Below, in pieces: positions 34,966 through 43,642 of a stretch of DNA of 64,000 bases. Position numbers and translations under genes: made by a program. How positions within the stretch are numbered: position 1 is the first letter of the stretch; each line of letters starts with the position of its first letter. Under the pieces are notes generated by a model. It was not told where the DNA came from, searched no databases, and saw only the letters and a list, made by a program, of their open reading frames with translations. The stretch lies in the IMG/VR virus record IMGVR_UViG_3300019458_000021, positions 1-64,000 of that record; one strand, written 5' to 3'.

Positions 34966-36725
34966 CACACGACGAACAATACATTGCGTGCGTTAAGCAC
35001 ATTCTCGAGCACGGCGTTCAAAAACCAAACCGCACAGGGATCGACACGATCGGTGTGTTCGGCTATCAAATGCGTTTCGATCTGCGCGACTATTCGATTC
35101 CATTACTGACGACCAAGAAGGTGCACACAAAGTCGATAATTCATGAACTATTGTGGATGATGTCAGGTCGCGAAGATGTGAAATATCTTGAACAACACCA
35201 AATCACGATATGGGATGAATGGAAGAATAACAAAAGTCAACTAGGTCCAGTTTACGGCGCCATGTGGAGAGCTTATCCGCCCCCTCCAACGTTTTCACCA
35301 ACGCCCATTCGAAACGTTATAGACAATACGAAGATGCGCTCTTGGCAAGATGTTGTACCAACAATGATCTTATCGGAAGGAAAATATTCAAACAAACGAT
35401 TTACAAACATACAGGGAAGGTGCTATGTTGTTCTTGGTGTAGATGGTTTTCAAAATAATGGGGCTAAAGGACGAACGACAACTTATGCTGTTCGGTTTGA
35501 ACAAAGTGGCTGGATAAAACATGGTGTTAGCACAAGATTGGTTCGTTCAGGTCGATTTGTGGATCAGTCGGTGCCGTCTATCTATGGGATTGGAGCACTT
35601 GGTAACTATCGAAACAAAAAAGAAACGGAACAAAACAAACACTTACGACGAACGTGGGAACTGATGCTGTCTCGATGTTATAATCCTAATGATATAGCTT
35701 TTGAAACACACGGCAAGCAAGGCGTAAAAGTGTGCGAACGCTGGAAAGTTTTGAGCGATTTTCTTGAAGACGTCAAACTGCTGCCCAACTGGTTTGTCAA
35801 GCAACAAAAACAGAACTATGTCCTTGACAAAGACTATTACGGTTCTTCAAAACTTTACCATCCTGAAACGTGTGTGTGGCTTCCAAGATCACACAACAAT
35901 CTTTACCGCAAGGATGCTGTGCCTATTGTTTTATCTTCACCATCTAGCACACTGTTCTTTCCATGTGAAAACACCGCGGCAAAGTTTGTGGGGACAACAG
36001 CAGTAGTAATCAAAGCGAGACGTCTTGGAAAAGTAAAAACACTTATAAACGGTTTTGAGGTTGAACCATTTGTCAATAAAAACTTCGTTGTTCGATATCC
36101 AAACACGATTGATCAAGTCGCTACTATCGTTTGGAAACTGAAGAACACACCAAACGACCGCCGTCTCATTGTGTCGGGTTGGCATCCAGGGCTCTTGCCC
36201 TTCGATGGCATTTCTCCTTCTGAAAACGCTTCTCTTGGTCGTCAAGCATTGCCTCCATGTCACTATACGTTTCAACTATATGCAAAACCACTAACTGTTC
36301 AAGAGAGGTTGTATTCAATGACACGTCTTTATCACATTCCGGATGATGGATCAATGGATAACATAGAACAAATCCTCGATGAAAACAAAGTCCCAAAATA
36401 CGAATTGTCGCTGTTACTGAATCAACGGTCATGTGATGTTGGACTTGGTGTTCCATTTAATATCGTTCAATACAGTCTAATGCTTCGAATGTTTTGCGAG
36501 GTTGCAAATATGTCACCAGGCGATTTCATTTGGAGTGGTGCTGATGTACACATCTATGTTAACCACGTTGAATCTTTGCAAGAACAGATCACAAGAGAAC
36601 CGTATCAGTCGCCAAAATTTCGATTCAACAAAAGGGTTGACTCAATTGATTGTTTCAAGTACGATGACTTCGTTGTTGAAGGGTACATATCTCATCCACC
36701 GGTCAAAATGGACGTAGCTGTATGA
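34959..36725 (+). CDS. thyA: Thymidylate synthase with in-frame insertion of about 275 aa
   Basis: RTGIDT, ELLWMMSG, GPVYG, IDQV, ALPPCH, QRSCDVGLGVPFN. Confidence 0.95.
   Translation: MVTHDEQYIACVKHILEHGVQKPNRTGIDTIGVFGYQMRFDLRDYSIPLLTTKKVHTKSIIHELLWMMSGREDVKYLEQHQITIWDEWKNNKSQLGPVYGAMWRAYPPPPTFSPTPIRNVIDNTKMRSWQDVVPTMILSEGKYSNKRFTNIQGRCYVVLGVDGFQNNGAKGRTTTYAVRFEQSGWIKHGVSTRLVRSGRFVDQSVPSIYGIGALGNYRNKKETEQNKHLRRTWELMLSRCYNPNDIAFETHGKQGVKVCERWKVLSDFLEDVKLLPNWFVKQQKQNYVLDKDYYGSSKLYHPETCVWLPRSHNNLYRKDAVPIVLSSPSSTLFFPCENTAAKFVGTTAVVIKARRLGKVKTLINGFEVEPFVNKNFVVRYPNTIDQVATIVWKLKNTPNDRRLIVSGWHPGLLPFDGISPSENASLGRQALPPCHYTFQLYAKPLTVQERLYSMTRLYHIPDDGSMDNIEQILDENKVPKYELSLLLNQRSCDVGLGVPFNIVQYSLMLRMFCEVANMSPGDFIWSGADVHIYVNHVESLQEQITREPYQSPKFRFNKRVDSIDCFKYDDFVVEGYISHPPVKMDVAV
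35280..36104 (+). mobile_element. Homing-endonuclease-like (HNH-type) domain inserted in frame in thyA
   Basis: TWELMLSRCYNP...GVKVCERW...LDKD...YHPETCVW; no intein or intron motifs recognised. Confidence 0.7.
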
Positions 36726-36837
36726 TCATCTATCGTATTCGCAGCAACAAAACGGGCAAAATCTTACTTCAGTCCGAAACCGTTGGTGATGCGATCCGTG
36801 AGTGCATCGCTCGTGGATACAATGTACGAGGCAAAAA

Positions 36838-38799
36838 ATGACTAAGACTCGCACGTCACTTCAAATCGCCCAAGATTATCTCGTCTTCGGTATTGATTAT
36901 ATTCCCTTCGACGAAGTCATTCAAATGCTTCGAGCAGCGGATGAACTCTATCACGGTGTCGAAGAGAGCTTCCTATCCGATTCCGAATATGACGAAGCCT
37001 ATCGATTCGCGCAGAGAAAAGAACCGACTCACACATACTTCCTCGGAACGGGCAGCAAGGTGCGTGGAAGTAAGATTAAGCTTCCGTATCCGATGGGATC
37101 GCTCACGCAAGTTTACGAGGGCGAAACCGCCAAATGGATTACACAATCGGGAGCTGACAGTACATCAGTCATCATTACGGACAAACTAGATGGGCTAAGT
37201 GCATTGCTTGTCTATGATCATCAGGGCAAGCTTCAAATCGCCTATTCACGAGGAGATGGTATCGAGGGAGCTGATATCACTCGGCACATCTCGTTGATTC
37301 CGTCTGTTCCTCAACAAGTTCGTAACGCGAATTTAGTTGTGCGTGGGGAAGTGATCATGAAGAAGCTAAACTTCCCGACGGCGCAATCAACGATGAAAAC
37401 TCGAAGTGGTCAGCTGTACAAGAACTCACGGAATATGACCGCCGGTCTGATGAACAGCAGTTCCAATCCAGCTGCAATCTACCAACTGCTCGATTTCGTT
37501 GCTTACGAAATCGTGGCAGGAGGTGACCACACTATGAAATCGCTGATGCTTGATGAACTGGTTATCAAACATGGCTTCCTCGTGCCTGGTTGGCAGTCGT
37601 ACAACGCACACGAACTAAACGACACGATTCTAATCGATCGTCTCAACCAACGACGAACCGAATCGGTATATGAACTTGATGGGCTTGTTCTCGATTTCAA
37701 CAATTCTGACTATCGTCAGGGATACGATACTAGTTCGCTCAATCCAAAATACGCTCGCAAGTTCAAAATTGCGGAGGCATCAAATCTTGCCGAGGCGACT
37801 GTTGTTGAAGTCGAGTTGAACCTATCGAAGGACGGTTACTTCAAACCGCGCGTTAAGATTGAGCCCGTTGAATTGGTCGGTGTAACAGTTCAATATGCAA
37901 CAGGATTCAATGCCAAGTTCATCTATGACAATCAAATCGGGCCAGGCGCTGTGATCAAAATCACGCGCAGCGGCGATGTGATTCCATTCATCACTGGTGT
38001 GGTTTCACCTGCGATCGTCAGTGATTTCAACACGTGGTTCGAGATGCAATTCGAGGCATATGGCGACTGGAAATGGACCGAAACTGGTGTTGATGTAATC
38101 CTTGTTGATGCGGCTAGCAATGAGAAAGTACAGTTTGAACGTTTGCTCGACTTCTTCAATACAATCGACATTCCAGCAATGAAGGAAGGCAATTTGCAAG
38201 AGATTTTTCGTGCTGGTTTCACAACACCAGAAGATGTCCTCAATCTCACTGGTGCTGAGCTGCAATCGTTACTCGGCCGGTCAATCGGCGCAAAAATTCA
38301 ACAAGGGCTTCGCGAAAAGTTCACAAACATCCCTCTGTATTTGTTGATGGGTGCTCACCCATCCTTCGGGCGAGGCGTTGGTGTTCGCAAGATGAAGAAG
38401 CTGTACGACAAGTTCGAAGGCAAGCTCGAAATGTTCCGCTTCCCGTCTAACATTGTTCTGATTGAAGGATTTGAAGCGAAGACGGCACAAAAGATTGCTA
38501 ACGGATATCAAACATTCATGCAGTTTCTTGACGACGTGAAACGCGTCGTTACGATTGCGCCTTATCAAGCGCCCGCTCAAGGCCAACTGTCCGGCTTGAC
38601 AGTCGTGTTCACTGGTTTCCGTGACGAAGATCTCGAAAAAGCGATCGAGTCGGCTGGTGGAAAGATCGGGTCGACCGTCAGCAAAAATACATCATTGCTC
38701 GTTGCAGCAGATCCGGATAGCACGTCTGGAAAAGCAGCAAAGGCTCGTGAGCTGGGTGTGAAAGTGATCTCTCCGGATGAAATGAGGACAATGGTATGA
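36838..38799 (+). CDS. ligA: NAD-dependent DNA ligase
   Basis: KLDG adenylation motif, RGDG, DGLV, RSGDVIP, C-terminal BRCT. Confidence 0.95.
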   Translation: MTKTRTSLQIAQDYLVFGIDYIPFDEVIQMLRAADELYHGVEESFLSDSEYDEAYRFAQRKEPTHTYFLGTGSKVRGSKIKLPYPMGSLTQVYEGETAKWITQSGADSTSVIITDKLDGLSALLVYDHQGKLQIAYSRGDGIEGADITRHISLIPSVPQQVRNANLVVRGEVIMKKLNFPTAQSTMKTRSGQLYKNSRNMTAGLMNSSSNPAAIYQLLDFVAYEIVAGGDHTMKSLMLDELVIKHGFLVPGWQSYNAHELNDTILIDRLNQRRTESVYELDGLVLDFNNSDYRQGYDTSSLNPKYARKFKIAEASNLAEATVVEVELNLSKDGYFKPRVKIEPVELVGVTVQYATGFNAKFIYDNQIGPGAVIKITRSGDVIPFITGVVSPAIVSDFNTWFEMQFEAYGDWKWTETGVDVILVDAASNEKVQFERLLDFFNTIDIPAMKEGNLQEIFRAGFTTPEDVLNLTGAELQSLLGRSIGAKIQQGLREKFTNIPLYLLMGAHPSFGRGVGVRKMKKLYDKFEGKLEMFRFPSNIVLIEGFEAKTAQKIANGYQTFMQFLDDVKRVVTIAPYQAPAQGQLSGLTVVFTGFRDEDLEKAIESAGGKIGSTVSKNTSLLVAADPDSTSGKAAKARELGVKVISPDEMRTMV

Positions 38800-39455
38800 G
38801 ACAGCAACGTCCGATGACAGAAGAAGAATGTGCTTACTTTCAAAAGTTGCTCGATGAACACTTTGACACAAAACGAAAGCTTCAAGAAGCCCGTCGTAAA
38901 GCGATTCAAACGCAGAAGGACATTGACAGAGCGCCTTCTCGTTATTGTGACTTTGTTGTGATTGTGGCAGTTGATCAATACGGCGGAATCGCTAAGGACA
39001 AAACGATTCCGTGGCGGTTTCCAGAAGACATGAAGTGGTTCCAAAATCATACAAAGGGGCACAAATGTGTGATGGGTTGCCACACTTACGAAGAGATTAA
39101 CACGATTCTCGATGAGAAGGCCAAGGACAGCGTGCTGCCTGATCGTGAATGCTTCGTTGTATCTTCAACGCTCGCAGATCTTCCGAACGCAAAGGTGATC
39201 AAGTCGCTGACAGAAATCGAAAAACATCTAGTTGCTGATGAACGTGAAACGGTGTTTGTCATTGGAGGCGAAAGGCTATTCCGTGAAGCATTGGCACTCG
39301 CCAACACGGTGTACATGACAATCATCAACGACGGTTACAATTGCGATCAACACTTTCCTGTCACATTTGTCACGGAACACTTCACTGAGGAACATACATA
39401 CAAAGTCAACACGAACGACAAGTTGCGTTTCACAACTTGGAAGCGAAACGACTAA
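38796..39455 (+). CDS. folA: Dihydrofolate reductase with N-terminal extension
   Basis: GGIAKDKTIPWRFPEDMKWF, VMG, VIGG. Confidence 0.9.
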   Translation: MRQQRPMTEEECAYFQKLLDEHFDTKRKLQEARRKAIQTQKDIDRAPSRYCDFVVIVAVDQYGGIAKDKTIPWRFPEDMKWFQNHTKGHKCVMGCHTYEEINTILDEKAKDSVLPDRECFVVSSTLADLPNAKVIKSLTEIEKHLVADERETVFVIGGERLFREALALANTVYMTIINDGYNCDQHFPVTFVTEHFTEEHTYKVNTNDKLRFTTWKRND

Positions 39456-39526
39456 TATCACTCGATTCAGCGTTGCCTAGTTGACCCTTTTGTCGTATAA
39501 TTCTCTGGTTTCAATGGAGAAAAGAC

Positions 39527-39685
39527 ATGGCACAGTTAACTCGAGAGCAGTTCCGCGAGTTTCGGATGAAAGTTGGTAAATACGTTCGTAAGGGGCACAT
39601 CCAGACCACCAAACATTGGATGTATGGACAACCAGTCGAGCCGAATGAGCTCAAGCCTGGACTAACAGGCTTTGAGAAACTATAA
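39527..39685 (+). CDS. Small hypothetical protein (52 aa)
   Basis: Manual translation; RBS GGAG. Confidence 0.5.
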   Translation: MAQLTREQFREFRMKVGKYVRKGHIQTTKHWMYGQPVEPNELKPGLTGFEKL

Positions 39686-39858
39686 TGAAACCGCAGAATC
39701 GAAAAGAAGCACACTTCCAACGAAGGTTCAAAGAGGAAGACGATCTTCCTTATGAGATCGAGCGAAGTGTTCGTGAAGGTAAGCGAGTATGGAAGAGACA
39801 GACTCAGAAGTTGAACCGCCGTCTCGGAAAAAACAACTAAAACGGGAGCTGGAGACGA

Positions 39859-40395
39859 GTGATGTTACTATGGGAAGTGACTGACAAAGAGAAGAAGGGT
39901 TCGTACGCAGGAGTGAGATTTGACACGGCGACGAACAAAGCGATACACAAGTATATCCACGATAACAAAATCCCAACCTCGGTACGTCCGGATCGGCTAC
40001 ACAGTACGCTCTTGTATAGCAGGAAATACCTTCCTAACTACAAGCCAGCTGGTAAGCTTGACAAACCATTGATTGGCACCCCAAAAAGCTTTGAGGTGTG
40101 GAAGACTCGTCCACCGGCCGGCTCTGATGGTAAACCAACAAACTGCCTTGTGTTGAAATATTCGTGCCCCGAACTTGAAACGCGCCACAAAGAGCTGATG
40201 AAGGAGCATAGCGCTCAGTATGACTACGACGAATACTATCCACACATCACTCTTTCGTACGACATTGGCGATATGAACATCAAAGATCTGCCGGACATCA
40301 AAGACACGGTGAAGGAGATCAAAATTGTCGAGGAATATGGTGAGGATCTTGACCTTGATTGGGCACGAAACAAAGGTGTCCGCAAAGGCAGTTAA
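39859..40395 (+). CDS. acb1: Anti-CBASS nuclease Acb1 (T4 gp57B-like 2H phosphoesterase)
   Basis: LHSTLLYS, FEVWKT, YDYDEYYPHITLSY, LDLDW match the T4 57B pattern. Confidence 0.85.
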   Translation: MMLLWEVTDKEKKGSYAGVRFDTATNKAIHKYIHDNKIPTSVRPDRLHSTLLYSRKYLPNYKPAGKLDKPLIGTPKSFEVWKTRPPAGSDGKPTNCLVLKYSCPELETRHKELMKEHSAQYDYDEYYPHITLSYDIGDMNIKDLPDIKDTVKEIKIVEEYGEDLDLDWARNKGVRKGS

Positions 40396-40503
40396 AATGG
40401 ATTTTTACATCTACCAGCTTGGAACAAAGGCATTCCACTACAAAAAGACCAAATAACAAAAAGAACGGCCACAAGATTGCAGCGACGGTTAGCAACTGGC
40501 AAG

Positions 40504-40534
40504 TTGACTCCCCGTTTCTTTTGAGGTATAAATA
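40504..40534 (+). promoter_or_regulatory. Composite sigma70 and late promoter for tmRNA
   Basis: TTGACT-17 nt-TATAAA(TA). Confidence 0.75.
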
Positions 40535-40539
40535 CACCT

Positions 40540-40890
40540 AACACTGTGTGAAGCAGCTGCAAGGCGGACAAGACCCGAGTTCGAATCTCGGCATCTCCAC
40601 CAACACGGTTCGAATGATAAGTTGAGTCTAGGGCAGAGGTACAACAGTTGTGAGACACTGCCATTGTGAGAAATGCTAGCAAAGCTCACACACGAACCAC
40701 CTATGGGGGTGAATGGAATTGATTGACGTGCGAGTGGCCAGTGGACAGTGCGAGAGACGACTGACGTAATCAGCGTAAAACGTTAAACGCAAACGACTCT
40801 GCGTACAATGTTGAGGAACTCTACGGAGTAGCTGCTTAACAGCAGCCTTGCCTCGACCGAGCGTGACTGCTTGGGAACAGGAAACGTCAG
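40540..40890 (+). ncRNA. ssrA: Circularly permuted (two-piece) tmRNA
   Basis: Acceptor piece ending CCGAG-TTCGAAT-CTCGG-CATCTCC-ACCA (40602) precedes GGGGGTG (40705) with G3:U70; tag ANDSAYNVEELYGVAA* at 40789-40839. Confidence 0.92.
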
Positions 40891-40920
40891 AAAGAGGAGC
40901 CTCGTGCTCCTCTTTCTTTA
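40890..40920 (+). terminator. Intrinsic terminator after tmRNA
   Basis: GAAAGAGGAGC-CTCGT-GCTCCTCTTTC-TTT. Confidence 0.85.
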
Positions 40921-40929
40921 GGACACATC

Positions 40930-41235
40930 ATGGACCGAATATTACAACTAGATGAAAAGCGGGCTAAGTACTGGCGCACACGTGCTCAAGATCTCTTCGA
41001 AGAAATGAAGGAGGAAGTTCAAACAGTGTTGGGCGTTCCGTTCGTTACGGCGGTTGCGTCACATACTGATTCGTTCTACCAAGTCGGACCACGTTACGTA
41101 TTCAATCAGTTCTCTAAACAGGATGAGTTTGTACACGTACTTGGCGAATATGACCAATCAATGATCCGCATTAAAACCGCGAAATCTCAATCGCTTACCC
41201 CTTATCCTGACGATATACTTACGGCGTTGTTCTGA
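40930..41235 (+). CDS. Hypothetical protein
   Basis: ORF track. Confidence 0.65.
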   Translation: MDRILQLDEKRAKYWRTRAQDLFEEMKEEVQTVLGVPFVTAVASHTDSFYQVGPRYVFNQFSKQDEFVHVLGEYDQSMIRIKTAKSQSLTPYPDDILTALF

Positions 41236-41286
41236 ATAGTACACATCGGAACAACGCCGTAAATACATCGTCATCAGGAGGCGAGT

Positions 41287-41982
41287 GTGTTTACATATAC
41301 CTACAAGAATTCTCGGGCTGAGGAAGAAGAACAGCCGAAAAAAGATCCGAAGAAGAAGCCATACAACGCGTATGAGACTACCTTCACAGCGGCTCAGGTC
41401 CACTTTTACCTTAGCGAAGAAATTGGCGAACCAAACGAATACACCGACATGATTCATCGGATCCTCGTCGCTGGTCCGAATGACATCATCTTTATCCACC
41501 TGAACACACCTGGAGGTCGGCTCGATACTGGTGTTCAAATTGTCAACGCCATGCAAAATTCTCAGGGCAAGATCATCACAGTTCTCGAAGGAATGGCATT
41601 CTCACTTGGTACATTGATCTTCTTGGCAGGCGACGAAATGATCGTCAACGATCATTGTATGTTGATGTTCCACAACTTCAAGAGTGGTATCTTAGGCAAG
41701 GGTCAGGAACTTGCAGCCCAACTTGAGGCAACAATGAAATGGTTCACCGCTCTTGCAAAGAACCTTTACATTCCCTTCTTGACAGAGGAAGAGTTTAATC
41801 GTATTCTGCGAGGCGAAGACATCTACATTCATTCCCCTGAAATTCGACGACGTCTTGATGTAATGATCAAGCAGATGTCAGAGTCGAAGAAACCCAATAA
41901 AGCTACAAGAATCACAAAGCCAACACCACCACCTGGTAAATTGCGCTACGAGGGTGATGACAAGGGTCGTCCTGCAAAGTGA
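41287..41982 (+). CDS. ClpP-like protease
   Basis: LNTPGG, AFSLGTLIFLAGD (catalytic Ser), LMFH. Confidence 0.85.
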   Translation: MFTYTYKNSRAEEEEQPKKDPKKKPYNAYETTFTAAQVHFYLSEEIGEPNEYTDMIHRILVAGPNDIIFIHLNTPGGRLDTGVQIVNAMQNSQGKIITVLEGMAFSLGTLIFLAGDEMIVNDHCMLMFHNFKSGILGKGQELAAQLEATMKWFTALAKNLYIPFLTEEEFNRILRGEDIYIHSPEIRRRLDVMIKQMSESKKPNKATRITKPTPPPGKLRYEGDDKGRPAK

Positions 41983-42026
41983 GTTGACGACCCTTGGGGG
42001 ATATCGTATGTTGAGAACAAAAACAA

Positions 42027-43025
42027 ATGACATCACTCGAACAAATCATCCGACAGTACGTCCCACTCTCCCGACGAGCAAGTAATGGGTGGTACTCAGT
42101 TCTGTGCAAAGTCTGTAACGATCATGGCCGTAAAGGACAACGTGCTGGATTCAATTTCGACGGTCCAAAAGTAGGCTATAATTGCTTCAACTGTGGTCAC
42201 GCTGCTGTTTACGATCCGACGGTCAACGGATTCTTGTCGCGCGATATGAAAACAGTCCTCGACGCTTTTGGTGTTTCGAAGGATGATTGGCAGCGTGTTG
42301 TTTTTGAAGCTCTAGCCAATCAAGATATTTCACACCGATTTGTCCATCCTTTGGCTGATATCGAGCCAACCGTGTTGCAACTCCCCCCTACATTCTATCC
42401 ATTAACAGACGATCCCGACGATGAGTGGGCAGTTGCTGCAAACAATCACCTAATGGAAAAACGTAGGATGACTTGGGAAGATTACCCATTCTACTTGTCC
42501 AAAAAGACTGATGAGCCAGAGCTCAAGAAATGGTTTGGGCGGCTCATTGTCCCTGTTTACAAAGGGAAAACTGTCGTTTTCTGGCAGGGCCGCGATTTAT
42601 CTGGCACACGATCGCGTAAATACTTAAGTCCTGACGTTCCACGCGAGAACGTGCTCTACGGATATGAACGACTAGAGGAGGAGACTGACACACCATTGTA
42701 CGTGGTAGAAGGATTCTTTGATGCGTATGCACTGAAGGGTGTAGCAATCTTCGGCAGCAAACTTACTCCTAATCAGCTGCGATGGATTAACCAGTCCAGA
42801 CGCCCCAAAGTAGTAGTTCCTGACAGATACGGCAATGGTATTGCTCTCGCCGAGCAAGCGTTAGATCTCGGTTGGTCGATTTCTACTCCAGACGTTGGCT
42901 CTTGCAAAGACGTTAGTGATGCGGTGGTAAAGTATGGATTGTTGTACACTTTGCGAACAATTAAAGACAGCACTTCAAGTGGCTATGAAGGAGCTGTCAA
43001 GGCAAAACTCTACTGTAATAAATGA
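42027..43025 (+). CDS. DNA primase (T4 gp61-like)
   Basis: Zn finger C..C...CFNC, VVEGFFDA TOPRIM, VPD...KD. Confidence 0.88.
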   Translation: MTSLEQIIRQYVPLSRRASNGWYSVLCKVCNDHGRKGQRAGFNFDGPKVGYNCFNCGHAAVYDPTVNGFLSRDMKTVLDAFGVSKDDWQRVVFEALANQDISHRFVHPLADIEPTVLQLPPTFYPLTDDPDDEWAVAANNHLMEKRRMTWEDYPFYLSKKTDEPELKKWFGRLIVPVYKGKTVVFWQGRDLSGTRSRKYLSPDVPRENVLYGYERLEEETDTPLYVVEGFFDAYALKGVAIFGSKLTPNQLRWINQSRRPKVVVPDRYGNGIALAEQALDLGWSISTPDVGSCKDVSDAVVKYGLLYTLRTIKDSTSSGYEGAVKAKLYCNK

Positions 43026-43441
43026 CACATGACGAAGCTCGTGAATACGTGAAGGGCCACCTTCAGCGTGTCGGGCATCGAAAAGCAGAAGTTACCGAGC
43101 GAATGATGGCTCGGTGGTTCAATGTTTTGAACACTGCTGTTTTTTATGGTCGACTGGACAAGCCGAAGAAATTCGAGGCTCGACGGCTGCGTGGAGTCTG
43201 GGGGCGTTGTATTCACCGACTGAACGGCGAACGAAGAGTTTTGTGCTTGGAACTTAACGATGAATTCACAAACCGAAGAATGTTCCTTGACGTTCTTGTT
43301 CATGAAATGGTTCATGCCTGGGAGCATCAACATCACACCGTTTCGGGACATGGTAAGCGATTTATGTCTTGGAAATCACGGATTAAACGAACTGTTGGAC
43401 TTGACTTATTGATTGAGGCATGTGAAAGTGACTATGAATGA
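43022..43441 (+). CDS. SprT-like zinc metalloprotease
   Basis: LVHEMVH and HGKRF. Confidence 0.85.
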   Translation: MTHDEAREYVKGHLQRVGHRKAEVTERMMARWFNVLNTAVFYGRLDKPKKFEARRLRGVWGRCIHRLNGERRVLCLELNDEFTNRRMFLDVLVHEMVHAWEHQHHTVSGHGKRFMSWKSRIKRTVGLDLLIEACESDYE

Positions 43442-43640
43442 AGATACTGAGTTACGTGCTGATCAGTGGCATACGATGACTCTTCAGCAACTCAATCACG
43501 AACGTGACAAGGTGATCAACAAACTCAACCTGTTACATGGAATGGTTGCAGGTAACGTAACATCACAGGGATTGTATCTTGCACTTGATCATGCTTTGAA
43601 CTATCTCAACGGTCTCATTGACAACCGCACACAACAGTAA
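43434..43640 (+). CDS. Hypothetical protein
   Basis: Coupled start MNEDTE. Confidence 0.6.
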   Translation: MNEDTELRADQWHTMTLQQLNHERDKVINKLNLLHGMVAGNVTSQGLYLALDHALNYLNGLIDNRTQQ

Positions 43641-43642
43641 AC

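Noticed and set aside
35280-36104. Group I intron or canonical intein in thyA
   Set aside because: No P7-type core motifs seen, the frame is open throughout, and there is no intein N-terminal nucleophile or HN end.
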